From contig CBDBIB010000005.1 of assembly GCA_965205945.1 (NCBI GenBank), forward strand, positions 1 to 41,378: a DNA stretch of 41,378 nucleotides, in the 5' to 3' direction. The position numbers and the translations under genes were made by a program. The DNA comes from Bdellovibrionales bacterium (GTDB lineage Bacteria; Bdellovibrionota; Bdellovibrionia; Bdellovibrionales; UBA1609). The notes under the pieces were generated by a model. The model made no database searches. It was not told the DNA's origin and worked only from the letters and a program-made list of their open reading frames with translations. Shown piece by piece: positions 1 to 9,941 of the stretch. How positions within the stretch are numbered: position 1 is the first letter of the stretch; each line of letters begins with the position of its first letter.

Positions 1-3000
1 TTATCTATTGGTAAATTAAACATTGTATTATTTGTTGTAGGATTTCCATTTATATCTACAGAACTTACAATTACTTTATTTAAATCACTAGTTTCTCGTC
101 CTAGTGCAAAATATAGTGTTACATCTTCAAACCCTGGAGTTAAGCAAGTATATTTTTGTAAATTTGGATCTAATGATGTATTCATAAATGTTATAACTTC
201 TCCTGCCTCATTACAATTCACATTTAATATTGTACTTAATCCATTTTTATAAGTTTGATCCGTCAGTATTGGCGCTGTAATTATTGGCGTTTGATCGTTC
301 ACAGGACTTGGATTTGCGTTAACAATATTTATACCTTGGGTTACACTTATAGATAGTAAATTGGATCCCACCCCACTGACATCAATACTCCCATTAAACT
401 CTCCTGATGAATTACATAAGAACTCTTTATTTACTGTTGAAGGTACTGTTACTGTAACAACTCCTAAGCCCTTATCACAGACTCCACTTATAAAGTAAGA
501 ATTTGCATTTTGAGTATTAACTGTTACTAAAGGGTCATTAAAACCTAAAGCTCCTGCCATGTTTACTATAAGATTGCTAGATTTAAGAACTGCATCCCCA
601 GTATTGCCAACATCATCTATTACAGAATAGGCTGGTACAGTTAACGTTAGCTGACCTGCTAAGGAAATAATCTCTGTAGTTATATTACAAGGGTTCATTG
701 TACAAGTGCTTGGATTTAAAGTTCCTGAACTTATAGTTGGAGTATAGTTTAAGCCTGTAATATTATCGTCTGTAACAGTGATTGTAAAACTTGCTGTTTG
801 CCCTTCAATGATATCTCCTCCATTTGAAATTAAGATTGTTGGAGCTAAAGTATCAATTGCAACATCCACACTTGTTGTACTCTGAGAAGGATTTTCGTAT
901 TCATCTATTGAGCTAATTGTTAAGTTGTTTGGAGAACTAAAACTAACTCCCTGTTCAATGTTTAATTCAAAGTTCTCTAATCCACTTCCAGCACAAATAT
1001 GTGTTTGTGGATCTGGGTCAATACCATTTCCTGTGATACTTACAATTTCTTGTGCTTCATTACAATTTATTGCAAGGTTATATGAAGTTCCTCCTATAAC
1101 AACTCCTGGAGCTGTTGCAATTGGAGCTGACACTGGACCGTTTTGATCATTTATCGGATTAGGTAAAAAACTTTTGTTATTTCCATTTTGTAATGCTGTT
1201 ACACTCATTGGATTTTCTGTTACGCCACTAATATTTAAAAAAGCATTATAAGAACCGTTTACACAATTTACTGTAGAAGACTCATTAGGCGTTCCAACTG
1301 TTACGACTACATCACCTTGACCAGTATCACAATTACCACTTACTGGATATAATAAAGCGTTAAGACTTGTACCTACTGGAGCACTTGTAATTGATAATGT
1401 TGTAGCCATGACATTTAAACTGTCACTTTCTGCTTCTAAATTTGAATTTCCAAGAGCGTCTACCACCGCACCTACTGCTACAGTTAAAGTTAATTCTCCT
1501 ACACTGGCTCCTGTTACAGTTACTGTACATGGACTTAGAGAACAAGCACCTGAGCTTATTGTTCCTGAACTAGATGTAGGTGTAAATCCTAAAAAACTAC
1601 TTTCATCATTTACTGTAACTGTAAATACGGCATCATCTCCTTCAATAATATCTCCTCCATTTGAAATTAAGATTGTTGGAGCTAAAGTATCAATTGCAAC
1701 ATCCACACTTGTTGTACTCTGAGAAGGATTTTCGTATTCATCTGTTGAACTAATTGTTAAGTTGTTTGGAGAACTAAAACTAACTCCCTGTTTAATGTTT
1801 AATTCAAAGTTCTCTAATCCACTTCCAGCACAAATATGTGTTTGTGGATCTGGGTCAATACCATTTCCTGTGATACTTACAATTTCTTGTGCTTCATTAC
1901 AATTTATTGCAAGGTTATATGAAGTTCCTCCTATAACAACTCCTGGAGCTGTTGCAATTGGAGCTGACACTGGACCGTTTTGATCATTTATCGGATTAGG
2001 TAAAAAACTTTTGTTATTTCCATTTTGTAATGCTGTTACACTCATTGGATTTTCTGTTACTCCACTAATATTTAAAAAAGCATTATAAGAACCGTTTACA
2101 CAATTTACTGTAGAAGACTCATTAGGCGCTCCAACTGTTACGACTACATCACCTTGACCAGTATCACAATTACCACTTACTGGATATAATAAAGCGTTAA
2201 GACTTGTACCTACTGGAGCACTTGTAATTGATAATGTTGTAGCCATGACATTTAAACTGTCACTTTCTGCTTCTAAATTTGAATTTCCAAGAGCGTCTAC
2301 CACCGCACCTACTGCTACAGTTAAAGTTAATTCTCCTACACTGGCTCCTGTTACAGTTACTGTACATGGACTTAGAGAACAAGCACCTGAGCTTATTGTT
2401 CCTGAACTAGATGTAGGTGTAAATCCTAAAAAACTACTTTCATCATTTACTGTAACTGTAAATACGGCATCATCTCCTTCAATAATATCTCCTCCATTTG
2501 AAATTAAGATTGTTGGAGCTAAAGTATCAATTGCAACATCCACACTTGTTGTACTCTGAGAAGGATTTTCGTATTCATCTGTTGAACTAATTGTTAAGTT
2601 GTTTGGAGAACTAAAACTAACTCCCTGTTCAATGTTTAATTCAAAGTTCTCTAATCCACTTCCAGCACAAATATGTGTTTGTGGATCTGGATCAATACCA
2701 TTTCCTGTGATACTTACAATTTCTTGTGCTTCATTACAATTTATTACAAGGTTATATGAAGTTCCTCCTATAACAACTCCTGGAGCTGTTGCAATTGGAG
2801 CTGACACTGGACCGTTTTGATCATTTATCGGATTAGGTAAAAAACTTTTGTTATTTCCATTTTGTAATGCTGTTACACTCATTGGATTTTCTGTTACGCC
2901 ACTAATATTTAAAAAAGCATTATAAGAACCGTTTACACAATTTACTGTAGAAGACTCATTAGGCGCTCCAACTGTTACGACTACATCACCTTGACCAGTA

Positions 3001-4052
3001 TCACAATTACCACTTACTGGATATAATAAAGCGTTAAGACTTGTACCTACTGGAGCGCTTGTAATTGATAATGTTGTAGCCATGACATTTAAACTGTCGC
3101 TTTCTGCTTCTAAATTTGAATTTCCACCAGCATCTACCACCGCACCTACTGCTACAGTTAAAGTTAATTCTCCTACACTGGCTCCTGTTACAGTTACTGT
3201 ACATGGACTTAGAGAACAAGCACCTGAGCTTATTGTTCCTGAACTAGATGTAGGTGTAAATCCTAAAAAACTACTTTCATCATTTACTGTAACTGTAAAT
3301 ACGGCATCATCTCCTTCAATGATATCTCCTCCATTTGAAATTAAAATTGTTGGAGCTAAAGTATCAATTGCAACATCCACACTTGTTGTACTCTGAGAAG
3401 GATTTTCGTATTCATCTGTTGAACTAATTGTTAAGTTATTTGGAGAACTAAAACTAACTCCCTGTTCAATGTTTAATTCAAAGTTCTCTAATCCACTTCC
3501 AGCACAAATATGTGTTTGTGGATCTGGGTCAATACCATTTCCTTTAATACTTACAATTTCTTGTGCTTCATTACAATTTATTGCAAGGTTATATGAAGTT
3601 CCTCCTATAACAACTCCTGGAGCTGTTGCAATTGGAGCTGACACTGGACCGTTTTGATCATTTACTGGAACTGGGTTAGCTGAGACTGTTAATTTTCCTT
3701 GAGTCACTGAAGTACTTGGGGGATTCAAAGTTACACGACTTACATTTATTGTACCTGAGAAATTTCCCTTTAAATCACATTGAAAAAACTTGGTGACATT
3801 AGGAGAACCTATAACAACTTTTACAACTCCAGCTGTGGGATCACATATACCACTTAAAGGATAAGCCTGGGAGTTTTCAGATGTAATACTGGGCAGTGGA
3901 GAGTTAAAAGAAAGATCAGTGGAACTATTTTTATCATCACCAAAATTAATACTAACTGTAGAGTTCTTTTTACTTGTAAAAAGATTTCCATCACAACCGC
4001 TTAAACTCAATACAATAAATCCTGCTATTAATACATTTAATAATAGTTTCAT
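1..4052 (-). CDS. Giant repetitive surface lipoprotein (Cys-paired Ig-like domains), 3' end outside the window
   Basis: Manual translation from ATG at 4052 (RBS AAGGA upstream) gives MKLLLNVLIAGFIVLSLSG-C, a signal peptide with lipobox LSGC. No stop was met in the stretches translated, and the frame at the edge (...NPTTNNTMFNLPID) agrees with the start frame. It is absent from the ORF track, presumably because it has no stop in the window. Homologous to 9942..12497. Confidence 0.92.
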   Translation of the reverse strand, partial: MKLLLNVLIAGFIVLSLSGCDGNLFTSKKNSTVSINFGDDKNSSTDLSFNSPLPSITSENSQAYPLSGICDPTAGVVKVVIGSPNVTKFFQCDLKGNFSGTINVSRVTLNPPSTSVTQGKLTVSANPVPVNDQNGPVSAPIATAPGVVIGGTSYNLAINCNEAQEIVSIKGNGIDPDPQTHICAGSGLENFELNIEQGVSFSSPNNLTISSTDEYENPSQSTTSVDVAIDTLAPTILISNGGDIIEGDDAVFTVTVNDESSFLGFTPTSSSGTISSGACSLSPCTVTVTGASVGELTLTVAVGAVVDAGGNSNLEAESDSLNVMATTLSITSAPVGTSLNALLYPVSGNCDTGQGDVVVTVGAPNESSTVNCVNGSYNAFLNISGVTENPMSVTALQNGNNKSFLPNPINDQNGPVSAPIATAPGVVIGGTSYNLVINCNEAQEIVSITGNGIDPDPQTHICAGSGLENFELNIEQGVSFSSPNNLTISSTDEYENPSQSTTSVDVAIDTLAPTILISNGGDIIEGDDAVFTVTVNDESSFLGFTPTSSSGTISSGACSLSPCTVTVTGASVGELTLTVAVGAVVDALGNSNLEAESDSLNVMATTLSITSAPVGTSLNALLYPVSGNCDTGQGDVVVTVGAPNESSTVNCVNGSYNAFLNISGVTENPMSVTALQNGNNKSFLPNPINDQNGPVSAPIATAPGVVIGGTSYNLAINCNEAQEIVSITGNGIDPDPQTHICAGSGLENFELNIKQGVSFSSPNNLTISSTDEYENPSQSTTSVDVAIDTLAPTILISNGGDIIEGDDAVFTVTVNDESSFLGFTPTSSSGTISSGACSLSPCTVTVTGASVGELTLTVAVGAVVDALGNSNLEAESDSLNVMATTLSITSAPVGTSLNALLYPVSGNCDTGQGDVVVTVGTPNESSTVNCVNGSYNAFLNISGVTENPMSVTALQNGNNKSFLPNPINDQNGPVSAPIATAPGVVIGGTSYNLAINCNEAQEIVSITGNGIDPDPQTHICAGSGLENFELNIEQGVSFSSPNNLTISSIDEYENPSQSTTSVDVAIDTLAPTILISNGGDIIEGQTASFTITVTDDNITGLNYTPTISSGTLNPSTCTMNPCNITTEIISLAGQLTLTVPAYSVIDDVGNTGDAVLKSSNLIVNMAGALGFNDPLVTVNTQNANSYFISGVCDKGLGVVTVTVPSTVNKEFLCNSSGEFNGSIDVSGVGSNLLSISVTQGINIVNANPSPVNDQTPIITAPILTDQTYKNGLSTILNVNCNEAGEVITFMNTSLDPNLQKYTCLTPGFEDVTLYFALGRETSDLNKVIVSSVDINGNPTTNNTMFNLPID
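802..3664. repeat. Intragenic tandem repeat, 837-bp (279-aa) unit, about 3.4 copies
   Basis: Identical landmarks recur at 811/1648/2485/3322 and 925/1762/2599. Only a handful of substitutions per unit are visible by eye. Confidence 0.97.
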
Positions 4053-4636
4053 TATTTTTCCTTTGATATCATCTTACTTTCTAACAGAATTTAATTAAAT
4101 AAAGTTAATTATTAGAAATAACAATTTTTAGTTTTTCATAACTTAACTTTTAATTATTCGTAATTTTATAATAATTTCTAAAATTATAATTTATAATTAA
4201 GTATTTAAATCTATAATTTTTAAATAAATTATTATTTATACAATAAATAAATTTAATCTAATTAAGACTATATTTTTGTTTTCTATTATTTAAAACAGTT
4301 TAAAGGAAGATAAAATTTAGACTAGATTTTAAAAACTATTTTTATGTTTCCAGTCATTTATATTTTACTTATAATGAGACACTAAATATAAAATGTTTCT
4401 TAGTTTGTGTATCAAAAACAATAACACTAAAATGACCTAATCTGAAACAAAAATAAAATATCATTACTATGATTTTTAAACTACAATATTGCAAGGTAAT
4501 CTTTTCAAGAAGCATGGTCTACTCAAACAATTTATCTTATAATCAAGAAAATTTAGACTATTTTAAATAACTTTTTAGAGCGCCAAAGACTATCTTATGA
4601 ATTGAATCTGTCTTAGAATATGATATAAGAGACTTT

Positions 4637-5305
4637 ATGAGTCAGAATTTAATTACTATTGATGGCCCTGCGGCTTCTGGAAAATCATCATTAAGCCGAT
4701 CTTTAGCTCGTAAATTGGATTGGAAATGGGTTTCTACAGGAGCTTTTTATAGGGCATTAGGCTTAATGGCTTATAAACATAATATAGACCAACATAACGA
4801 AACTGATTTAGTGAAGTTCTTAGGTGAGTTTAGGCTTGAGGTTAAACCTGACCCTATTCAAACTGCAGTATACATAGATGGTAACTTTTGTTCCTATGAA
4901 GAAATTTATTCTGTAGATAACGGTATAAGGGCGAGTAATGTAAGCAGGTTTTCTAAAATTAGGAAGGCTGTTTTGCAGCTTCAACGAGACTGTTATACAG
5001 CGCCTGGACTTATAGCTGAAGGCCGTGATTGTGGAACAGTAATTTTTTCAAATGCTCAATTAAAAGTATATTTAGTAGCTAATGTTGAAGCTAGAGCTAA
5101 TAGAAGAGCCGATGAAAGTGATGATGGCAAAAATATTAAAGAAGTTAAGGAAGCTTTAAAGAAAAGAGATACACAGGACTCAGGTAGAAAAATAGCTCCT
5201 ATGGAAGCAGCAAAAGATGCTTGGATATTGGATTCTTCAAGTTTGTCATTAGACGAGGTCTCTAATTTAGTATTTCAAAGAGCAAAAAAAATTTTTTCTC
5301 TTTGA
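4637..5305 (+). CDS. cmk: Cytidylate kinase
   Basis: IDGPAASGKSS P-loop and EGRDCGTVIF motif; directly upstream of rpsA. Confidence 0.96.
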   Translation: MSQNLITIDGPAASGKSSLSRSLARKLDWKWVSTGAFYRALGLMAYKHNIDQHNETDLVKFLGEFRLEVKPDPIQTAVYIDGNFCSYEEIYSVDNGIRASNVSRFSKIRKAVLQLQRDCYTAPGLIAEGRDCGTVIFSNAQLKVYLVANVEARANRRADESDDGKNIKEVKEALKKRDTQDSGRKIAPMEAAKDAWILDSSSLSLDEVSNLVFQRAKKIFSL

Positions 5306-5329
5306 CATCGTATATAAGTGTTTTATAAC
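5302..5329 (+). promoter_or_regulatory. Putative sigma70 promoter for rpsA
   Basis: TTGACA (5302-5307), 16-nt spacer, TATAAC (5324-5329); overlaps the cmk stop codon. Confidence 0.55.
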
Positions 5330-5403
5330 AAGCACTCATGCAAACGCCCTATGTTTGCGACCTACTTCCAGAAGGGACGAGGTTTAAGGAGGTTACAATC
5401 AAT

Positions 5404-7206
5404 ATGGTGAACCAAAGGACTAAATCTAAGGGCAAAATGTCTTCAGATGTGTTAACTATTTTAGATCAAGCTGATGACGAAATTTTAGGATCTAAAGACG
5501 AAAAAAATAAAACTGACTTTGCAAAACTTTTTGCAGCATCCACATTAAGTGAAGAAATCAATGTAGGTGATATTGTACAAGGTAGCGTTGTTGAAGTTCA
5601 AACAGACTTTGTTTTAGTTGATATTGGCTACAAAAGTGAAGGCTTAATATCTCTTTCTGAATTTAAAGTAATTGATGGGAAAACGTCAATCAATTTAGGT
5701 GATGAAGTTGAAGTATATGTAGAAAAAATTGAAAATGAAAATGGAATGGTCGTTTTATCTAAAGGTAGAGCAGATATGATGAAAGCTTGGACTGATATTT
5801 CTAAAGCTGCTGAATCTCAAGAAGTTATTGAAGGCACAGTTATTGCTAAGGTTAAAGGTGGTTTAAGCGTTGATATTGGTGTTAAAGCTTTCTTACCAGG
5901 CAGTCAAATTGATCTAAGACCTATTAAAGATCTTGATCAATTCTTAGGTAAAGTATTTAAGTTTAAAGTTATCAAGTTTAATAAGAAAAGAGGGAATATT
6001 GTCCTTTCAAGAAGAGTTTTACTTGAAGAGCAAAGAGAATTTTTAAGAAACGAAACTCTTCAAACAATGACTGAGGGAACAATCATAAAGGGTATTGTTA
6101 AAAATATTACTGATTACGGCGCGTTTATAGATCTTGGTGGAGTAGATGGGCTTTTACATATCACTGATATAAGCTGGGGAAGATTAAAACATCCAAGCGA
6201 GGTAATTCAAGTTGGTGAAGAGTTAGAACTCAAAATTCTTAAGTATGATACTGAAAAAGAAAGAGTAAGTCTTGGGCTTAAACAAATGAAAGTTGATCCT
6301 TGGAGTGCTGCTATTGAAAAATTCCCTGTTGGAACAAAAGTAGTAGGAAAAGTTGTAAGTTTGACTGAATATGGAGCATTTTTTGAAATTGGAGAGGGTA
6401 TAGAAGGTCTTATCCATATAAATGAAATGAGTTGGACTAAAAAAATTAAGCATCCATCACAAATATTAAAAGTTGGTGATAAAAATGAAGTTATCATTCT
6501 TACAATTGATACGGAAACTCGTAAAATCAGTCTTGGTCTTAAACAACTTGAAGAAAATCCTTGGATTGAGATTAAGAACTTTTATGAGGTGGGATCTATC
6601 ATTGAAGGTGAAGTTAAATCAATCACAGACTTTGGTATGTTTATAGGAGTTGCGGAAGGAATTGATGGGCTTGTTCATATTTCTGACTTCTCTTGGACTA
6701 AACGTGTAAATCACCCATCAGAAATATATTCTGTAGGTGATAAAATTAAGGCTTGTGTATTAGGCGTTGATATAGGAAGTGAAAGGTTTAGTCTTGGTAT
6801 TAAACAACTTGAGAATGACCCTTGGTCTGAAATTGAGAAAAAGTATCCAATTGGATCTCAACTTGATGTAACGGTTACAAAAATAACTGATTTTGGTGTA
6901 TTCGTAACAATTAAAGATGATATTAAAGGCTTAATTCATATCTCTGAGCTTTCTACTAAAAAAGTTGAGAACATTGATAATATTGTAAAAATTGGCAAAG
7001 TTTTAAAAGTTGAGATTATTTCAATTGATCGAGATTCTAGGAAAATTGGATTAAGTTCTAAGCTAGTGCAACTTCGTGAACAAAAAGTAAGCGTTAATGA
7101 TTATGTAAAAAAAGCCACTATAACCTCTAAAACTACAATGGGAGATGTCTTTGGTGATGCTTTAAAAGACATGAGCACAGACAATTCAACTTCTTCAAAT
7201 GATTAA
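5404..7206 (+). CDS. rpsA: 30S ribosomal protein S1
   Basis: Six S1 repeats (e.g. GAFIDLGGVDGLLHITDISW). Start moved from 5338 to ATG 5404 because AGGAGG lies upstream of it. Confidence 0.97.
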   Translation: MVNQRTKSKGKMSSDVLTILDQADDEILGSKDEKNKTDFAKLFAASTLSEEINVGDIVQGSVVEVQTDFVLVDIGYKSEGLISLSEFKVIDGKTSINLGDEVEVYVEKIENENGMVVLSKGRADMMKAWTDISKAAESQEVIEGTVIAKVKGGLSVDIGVKAFLPGSQIDLRPIKDLDQFLGKVFKFKVIKFNKKRGNIVLSRRVLLEEQREFLRNETLQTMTEGTIIKGIVKNITDYGAFIDLGGVDGLLHITDISWGRLKHPSEVIQVGEELELKILKYDTEKERVSLGLKQMKVDPWSAAIEKFPVGTKVVGKVVSLTEYGAFFEIGEGIEGLIHINEMSWTKKIKHPSQILKVGDKNEVIILTIDTETRKISLGLKQLEENPWIEIKNFYEVGSIIEGEVKSITDFGMFIGVAEGIDGLVHISDFSWTKRVNHPSEIYSVGDKIKACVLGVDIGSERFSLGIKQLENDPWSEIEKKYPIGSQLDVTVTKITDFGVFVTIKDDIKGLIHISELSTKKVENIDNIVKIGKVLKVEIISIDRDSRKIGLSSKLVQLREQKVSVNDYVKKATITSKTTMGDVFGDALKDMSTDNSTSSND

Positions 7207-7274
7207 TTAAAACATAAAAACTTAGAGTTTTACTGACTTCTACGGGAAGACTTATTTATTTTAAAGGGGTTTGT

Positions 7275-7817
7275 ATGAATACAGACATTAAAATTAATAC
7301 ATCTGAAATTTGGCCTCAAGAAAGAGACTTTATTATTAGACCAGATCGACTTAAATACGCTAGACGCTTAAAAAATCAAGATTTTTGTGTGTTTTGTAAA
7401 AGCAGTGAAGCCTTAGAAACTGACTTTTCTTTAGACAATCTCATGGTCTATAAAACTAAACATTCACAAATTTTACTTAACAAGTATCCATATAATACAG
7501 GTCATGTAATTGTCGCCCCGCTTAAACATGGTGGGTCTATGTTTGAACTCTTAGAAGAAGTGTACATAGATTTAATGAAAACGATTAGATTTGCCGGAGA
7601 GGTTTTAATAAAAACGTATGATGTTAAAGGTTTAAATATTGGTGTAAACCATGGAAAAGTTGCAGGTGCTGGAATTCCAGAACATTTACATTGGCATGTG
7701 ATTCCAAGGTGGTATGGAGATACCAATTTTTTTCCAATCATTTGTGAAACAAAGGTTTTTCCAGAGACATTAGAACAAACTTGGCATAAGATAATGACTG
7801 CTATTAAGAAAAAGTAA
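7275..7817 (+). CDS. HIT-family nucleotide hydrolase
   Basis: CVFC, LNKYPYNTGH and the histidine triad HLHWH followed by VIPRW. Confidence 0.92.
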   Translation: MNTDIKINTSEIWPQERDFIIRPDRLKYARRLKNQDFCVFCKSSEALETDFSLDNLMVYKTKHSQILLNKYPYNTGHVIVAPLKHGGSMFELLEEVYIDLMKTIRFAGEVLIKTYDVKGLNIGVNHGKVAGAGIPEHLHWHVIPRWYGDTNFFPIICETKVFPETLEQTWHKIMTAIKKK

Positions 7818-7831
7818 GTAGAGGCTAAGTT

Positions 7832-8590
7832 TTGAGATCAAATAATTATTATGTACAAATGACTGTTACTATTACTCCAATGGTGAAAGCTTTGTTAATA
7901 GCTAATACTGTTATTTGGTTTCTAGCAGTAATTGTTGCTCAAGGATTTATTTTTAAAAACAACATAGTCTTTGATGTTTTTGGACTTTCAGCAGGTGGTG
8001 TGTTAGAGAGCTTTAAACTTTGGCAACCTATAACATATATATTCTTACATTCAACAGGAATTTGGCATATACTTTTTAACTGTTTAATTATTTGGTTTAT
8101 TGGTTCTGAACTTGAAAAAATTTGGGGCCAAAAAGAATTTTTAAAATATTATCTCACATGTGGAATTGGAGCAGGAATTCTTTATGTGGTTATTATAAAC
8201 CTTGCAGTGAATCTTTTTAGTTTAAATCCAGGCTTTATGAAGGTTCCTACAATTGGAGCATCCGGAGCTGTTTTCGGTCTTTTAGTAGCTTATGGAGTTA
8301 TTTTTGGTGAACGTATAATTTTCTTCATGATGCTATTTCCCATGAAAGCAAAATATTTTATTCTACTTCTAGGTATTGTTGAGGTTTTCACATTAATCAC
8401 TTCTGGATTTGGAGGGGCTGTAAATAATACTGCTCATTTAGGCGGGTTTATTGTAGGGTTTCTTTATATTTATTTAAGTAGACACATAAATAACAAAAGA
8501 CAAAAACGTTGGCTTAAAAAACCAGAACAACGGCTAAAGCTTATCGTTGATAATGAGATTAAAAAAGAAGACAAGCCGACATTTCATTAA
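7832..8590 (+). CDS. Rhomboid-family intramembrane serine protease
   Basis: WQPITYIFLH, HILFN, GASGA (catalytic Ser) and AHLGG (catalytic His); hydrophobic segments. Confidence 0.94.
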   Translation: MRSNNYYVQMTVTITPMVKALLIANTVIWFLAVIVAQGFIFKNNIVFDVFGLSAGGVLESFKLWQPITYIFLHSTGIWHILFNCLIIWFIGSELEKIWGQKEFLKYYLTCGIGAGILYVVIINLAVNLFSLNPGFMKVPTIGASGAVFGLLVAYGVIFGERIIFFMMLFPMKAKYFILLLGIVEVFTLITSGFGGAVNNTAHLGGFIVGFLYIYLSRHINNKRQKRWLKKPEQRLKLIVDNEIKKEDKPTFH

Positions 8591-8730
8591 AAACACTGTT
8601 AAAATAATAAAAACTAGGAACCCTCTGCTCTAAAATAGATTAAAAGAAGACACTACTTTTTTGAATCTTAGAATTTTTAAATTTGTCAGGTATATATATT
8701 TAAACGTAAGCGATCTAAAACTCACCCCTC

Positions 8731-9091
8731 CTGAATGTCTCTTGTAGTCATTCCTCTAGAGTATAAAACTAAAATATTTTTCTTAAAAACCTTCCATCCG
8801 AATTTTACCTTTAGAAACAATTTGTGGCTCAAAGCTAGCCTCTCTCTCACGGGGAGTCTTGAGTTCAATCTCACCTTTTTCACCCTTAATCGTTTTTTTA
8901 CTAAAACCGTTTTTGGTGTTAGCTTTTCTGAATTCAGATTTAGTATTTTTAGAATACCCTAAATGATCATTTAACTCTGTATTTAGAGCAGATTCTAAGA
9001 CAACTTTCATAAGTTGACCTATAATATCTGATAAATCTTTTTGTGTTTTTACGTTCTTGGCAAGTTCTTTGCCTATTTCTTCTATGTTCAT
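8731..9091 (-). pseudogene. IS256-family transposase 5' fragment
   Basis: ALNTELNDHLGY, NGFSKKTIK, ELKTPREREASFEPQIV. After a frameshift near 8785 it continues KNILVLYSRGMTTRDIQE and is then cut off at the IS66 end. Confidence 0.9.
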
Positions 9092-9203
9092 TCTGCTTAC
9101 TCCTTAGGATGCTTAATTCTAATGCTAGTGGGGCTAAAAACGAAGACGAGCATGCAATTGGAAGAGAAAAGATTTTATTTTATTATAAACTTAACATCCA
9201 ACA

Positions 9204-9708
9204 TAGACCTCCCCAAAAATACTGGACACTTTTCTAAGCGCGAACTAAACCTAAAAGGAGAGGTAAAAAGGCATGAAGAAAAAGAAGAAAGAGGCTACAG
9301 AGTCTAAAAAAAGTACAATACTTTTTCAGAAGAATTTAAAGAAGAAGCTGTTGAATTGGCAAAGAGAGTTGGAAACAGCCAGGCATCAAGAGATCTAGGG
9401 ACTACTGAAACCAGCATTAGAAATTGGAGAAAAAAGCTAAATCCAACTCCTAAAAGCTTATTAAAAGAGGAAAATAAGAAGTCATATAGAGAGCTTGAGA
9501 AAGAAAATAAGCGTTTAAAAAAAGAATTTTTATATAGAAAAAGCTATACTGGAGAAAGAGAATTAAGATCGTTAGTATTTGAATATATTGAAGTTTGGTA
9601 AAACAAGAAAAGAAGGCATTCTTCTCTTGATTATCAAAGCCCTAAAGGGTATGCAATTAAACAGAACCTCGCATAGGAAAAAGTGTCCTATTTCTTTGGG
9701 GAAGTCCA
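9204..9708 (+). mobile_element. Internally deleted IS3-family element (505 bp)
   Basis: Imperfect IRs TAGACCTCCCCAAAAATACTGGACACTTTT (9204) and TGGACTTCCCCAAAGAAATAGGACACTTTT (reverse complement, ending 9708). A frameshifted OrfA HTH (FSEEFKEEAVEL...IRNWRKK...ELEKENKRLKKE) is fused to the OrfB C-terminus (VFEYIEVW*NKKRRHSSLDYQSP). No target duplication. Confidence 0.88.
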
Positions 9709-9709
9709 C

Positions 9710-9815
9710 TCGGCACTAACGGCGTACTGTTTGCGTCCAACAAAACCCTCTATTAGACTTGAAATACTTGAAGAAAGGCTGCTTCAGTAGGTTTAAAAAG
9801 TTCGAGCTCGGGTTA
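9710..9815 (+). mobile_element. IS982-family right-end remnant
   Basis: Translates SALTAYCLRPTKPSIRLEILEERLLQ*, like the IS982 transposase C-terminus (AYCxxPKKPS), followed by an end-like TCGAGCTCGGGTTA. Family assigned from recalled motifs. Confidence 0.6.
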
Positions 9816-9941
9816 TTCAGTCAGTATAGGAAAATATTTTATAAATTTTAATAAACTTTTGATTTTATAAAAAACTTTGATAATATTCTTTTTTTTAGCC
9901 AAACTATATTTAATTCATCTTTTATAAAGCTAAGTAAAAAA

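Noticed and set aside
925..3657. Repeated 62-104 aa plus-strand ORFs in the track
   Set aside because: Antisense shadows of the minus-strand lipoprotein repeat. The same applies to 10750..11190 and other short ORFs opposite real genes.
4053..4636. Very AT-rich 580-bp spacer as oriC
   Set aside because: No DnaA-box cluster or origin-linked genes seen; explained as a divergent promoter region.
9115..9165. NSNASGAKNEDEHAIGR resembling IS5/IS427-group 'GA...AIGRSRGG'
   Set aside because: Only 17 residues and no ends; could be chance.
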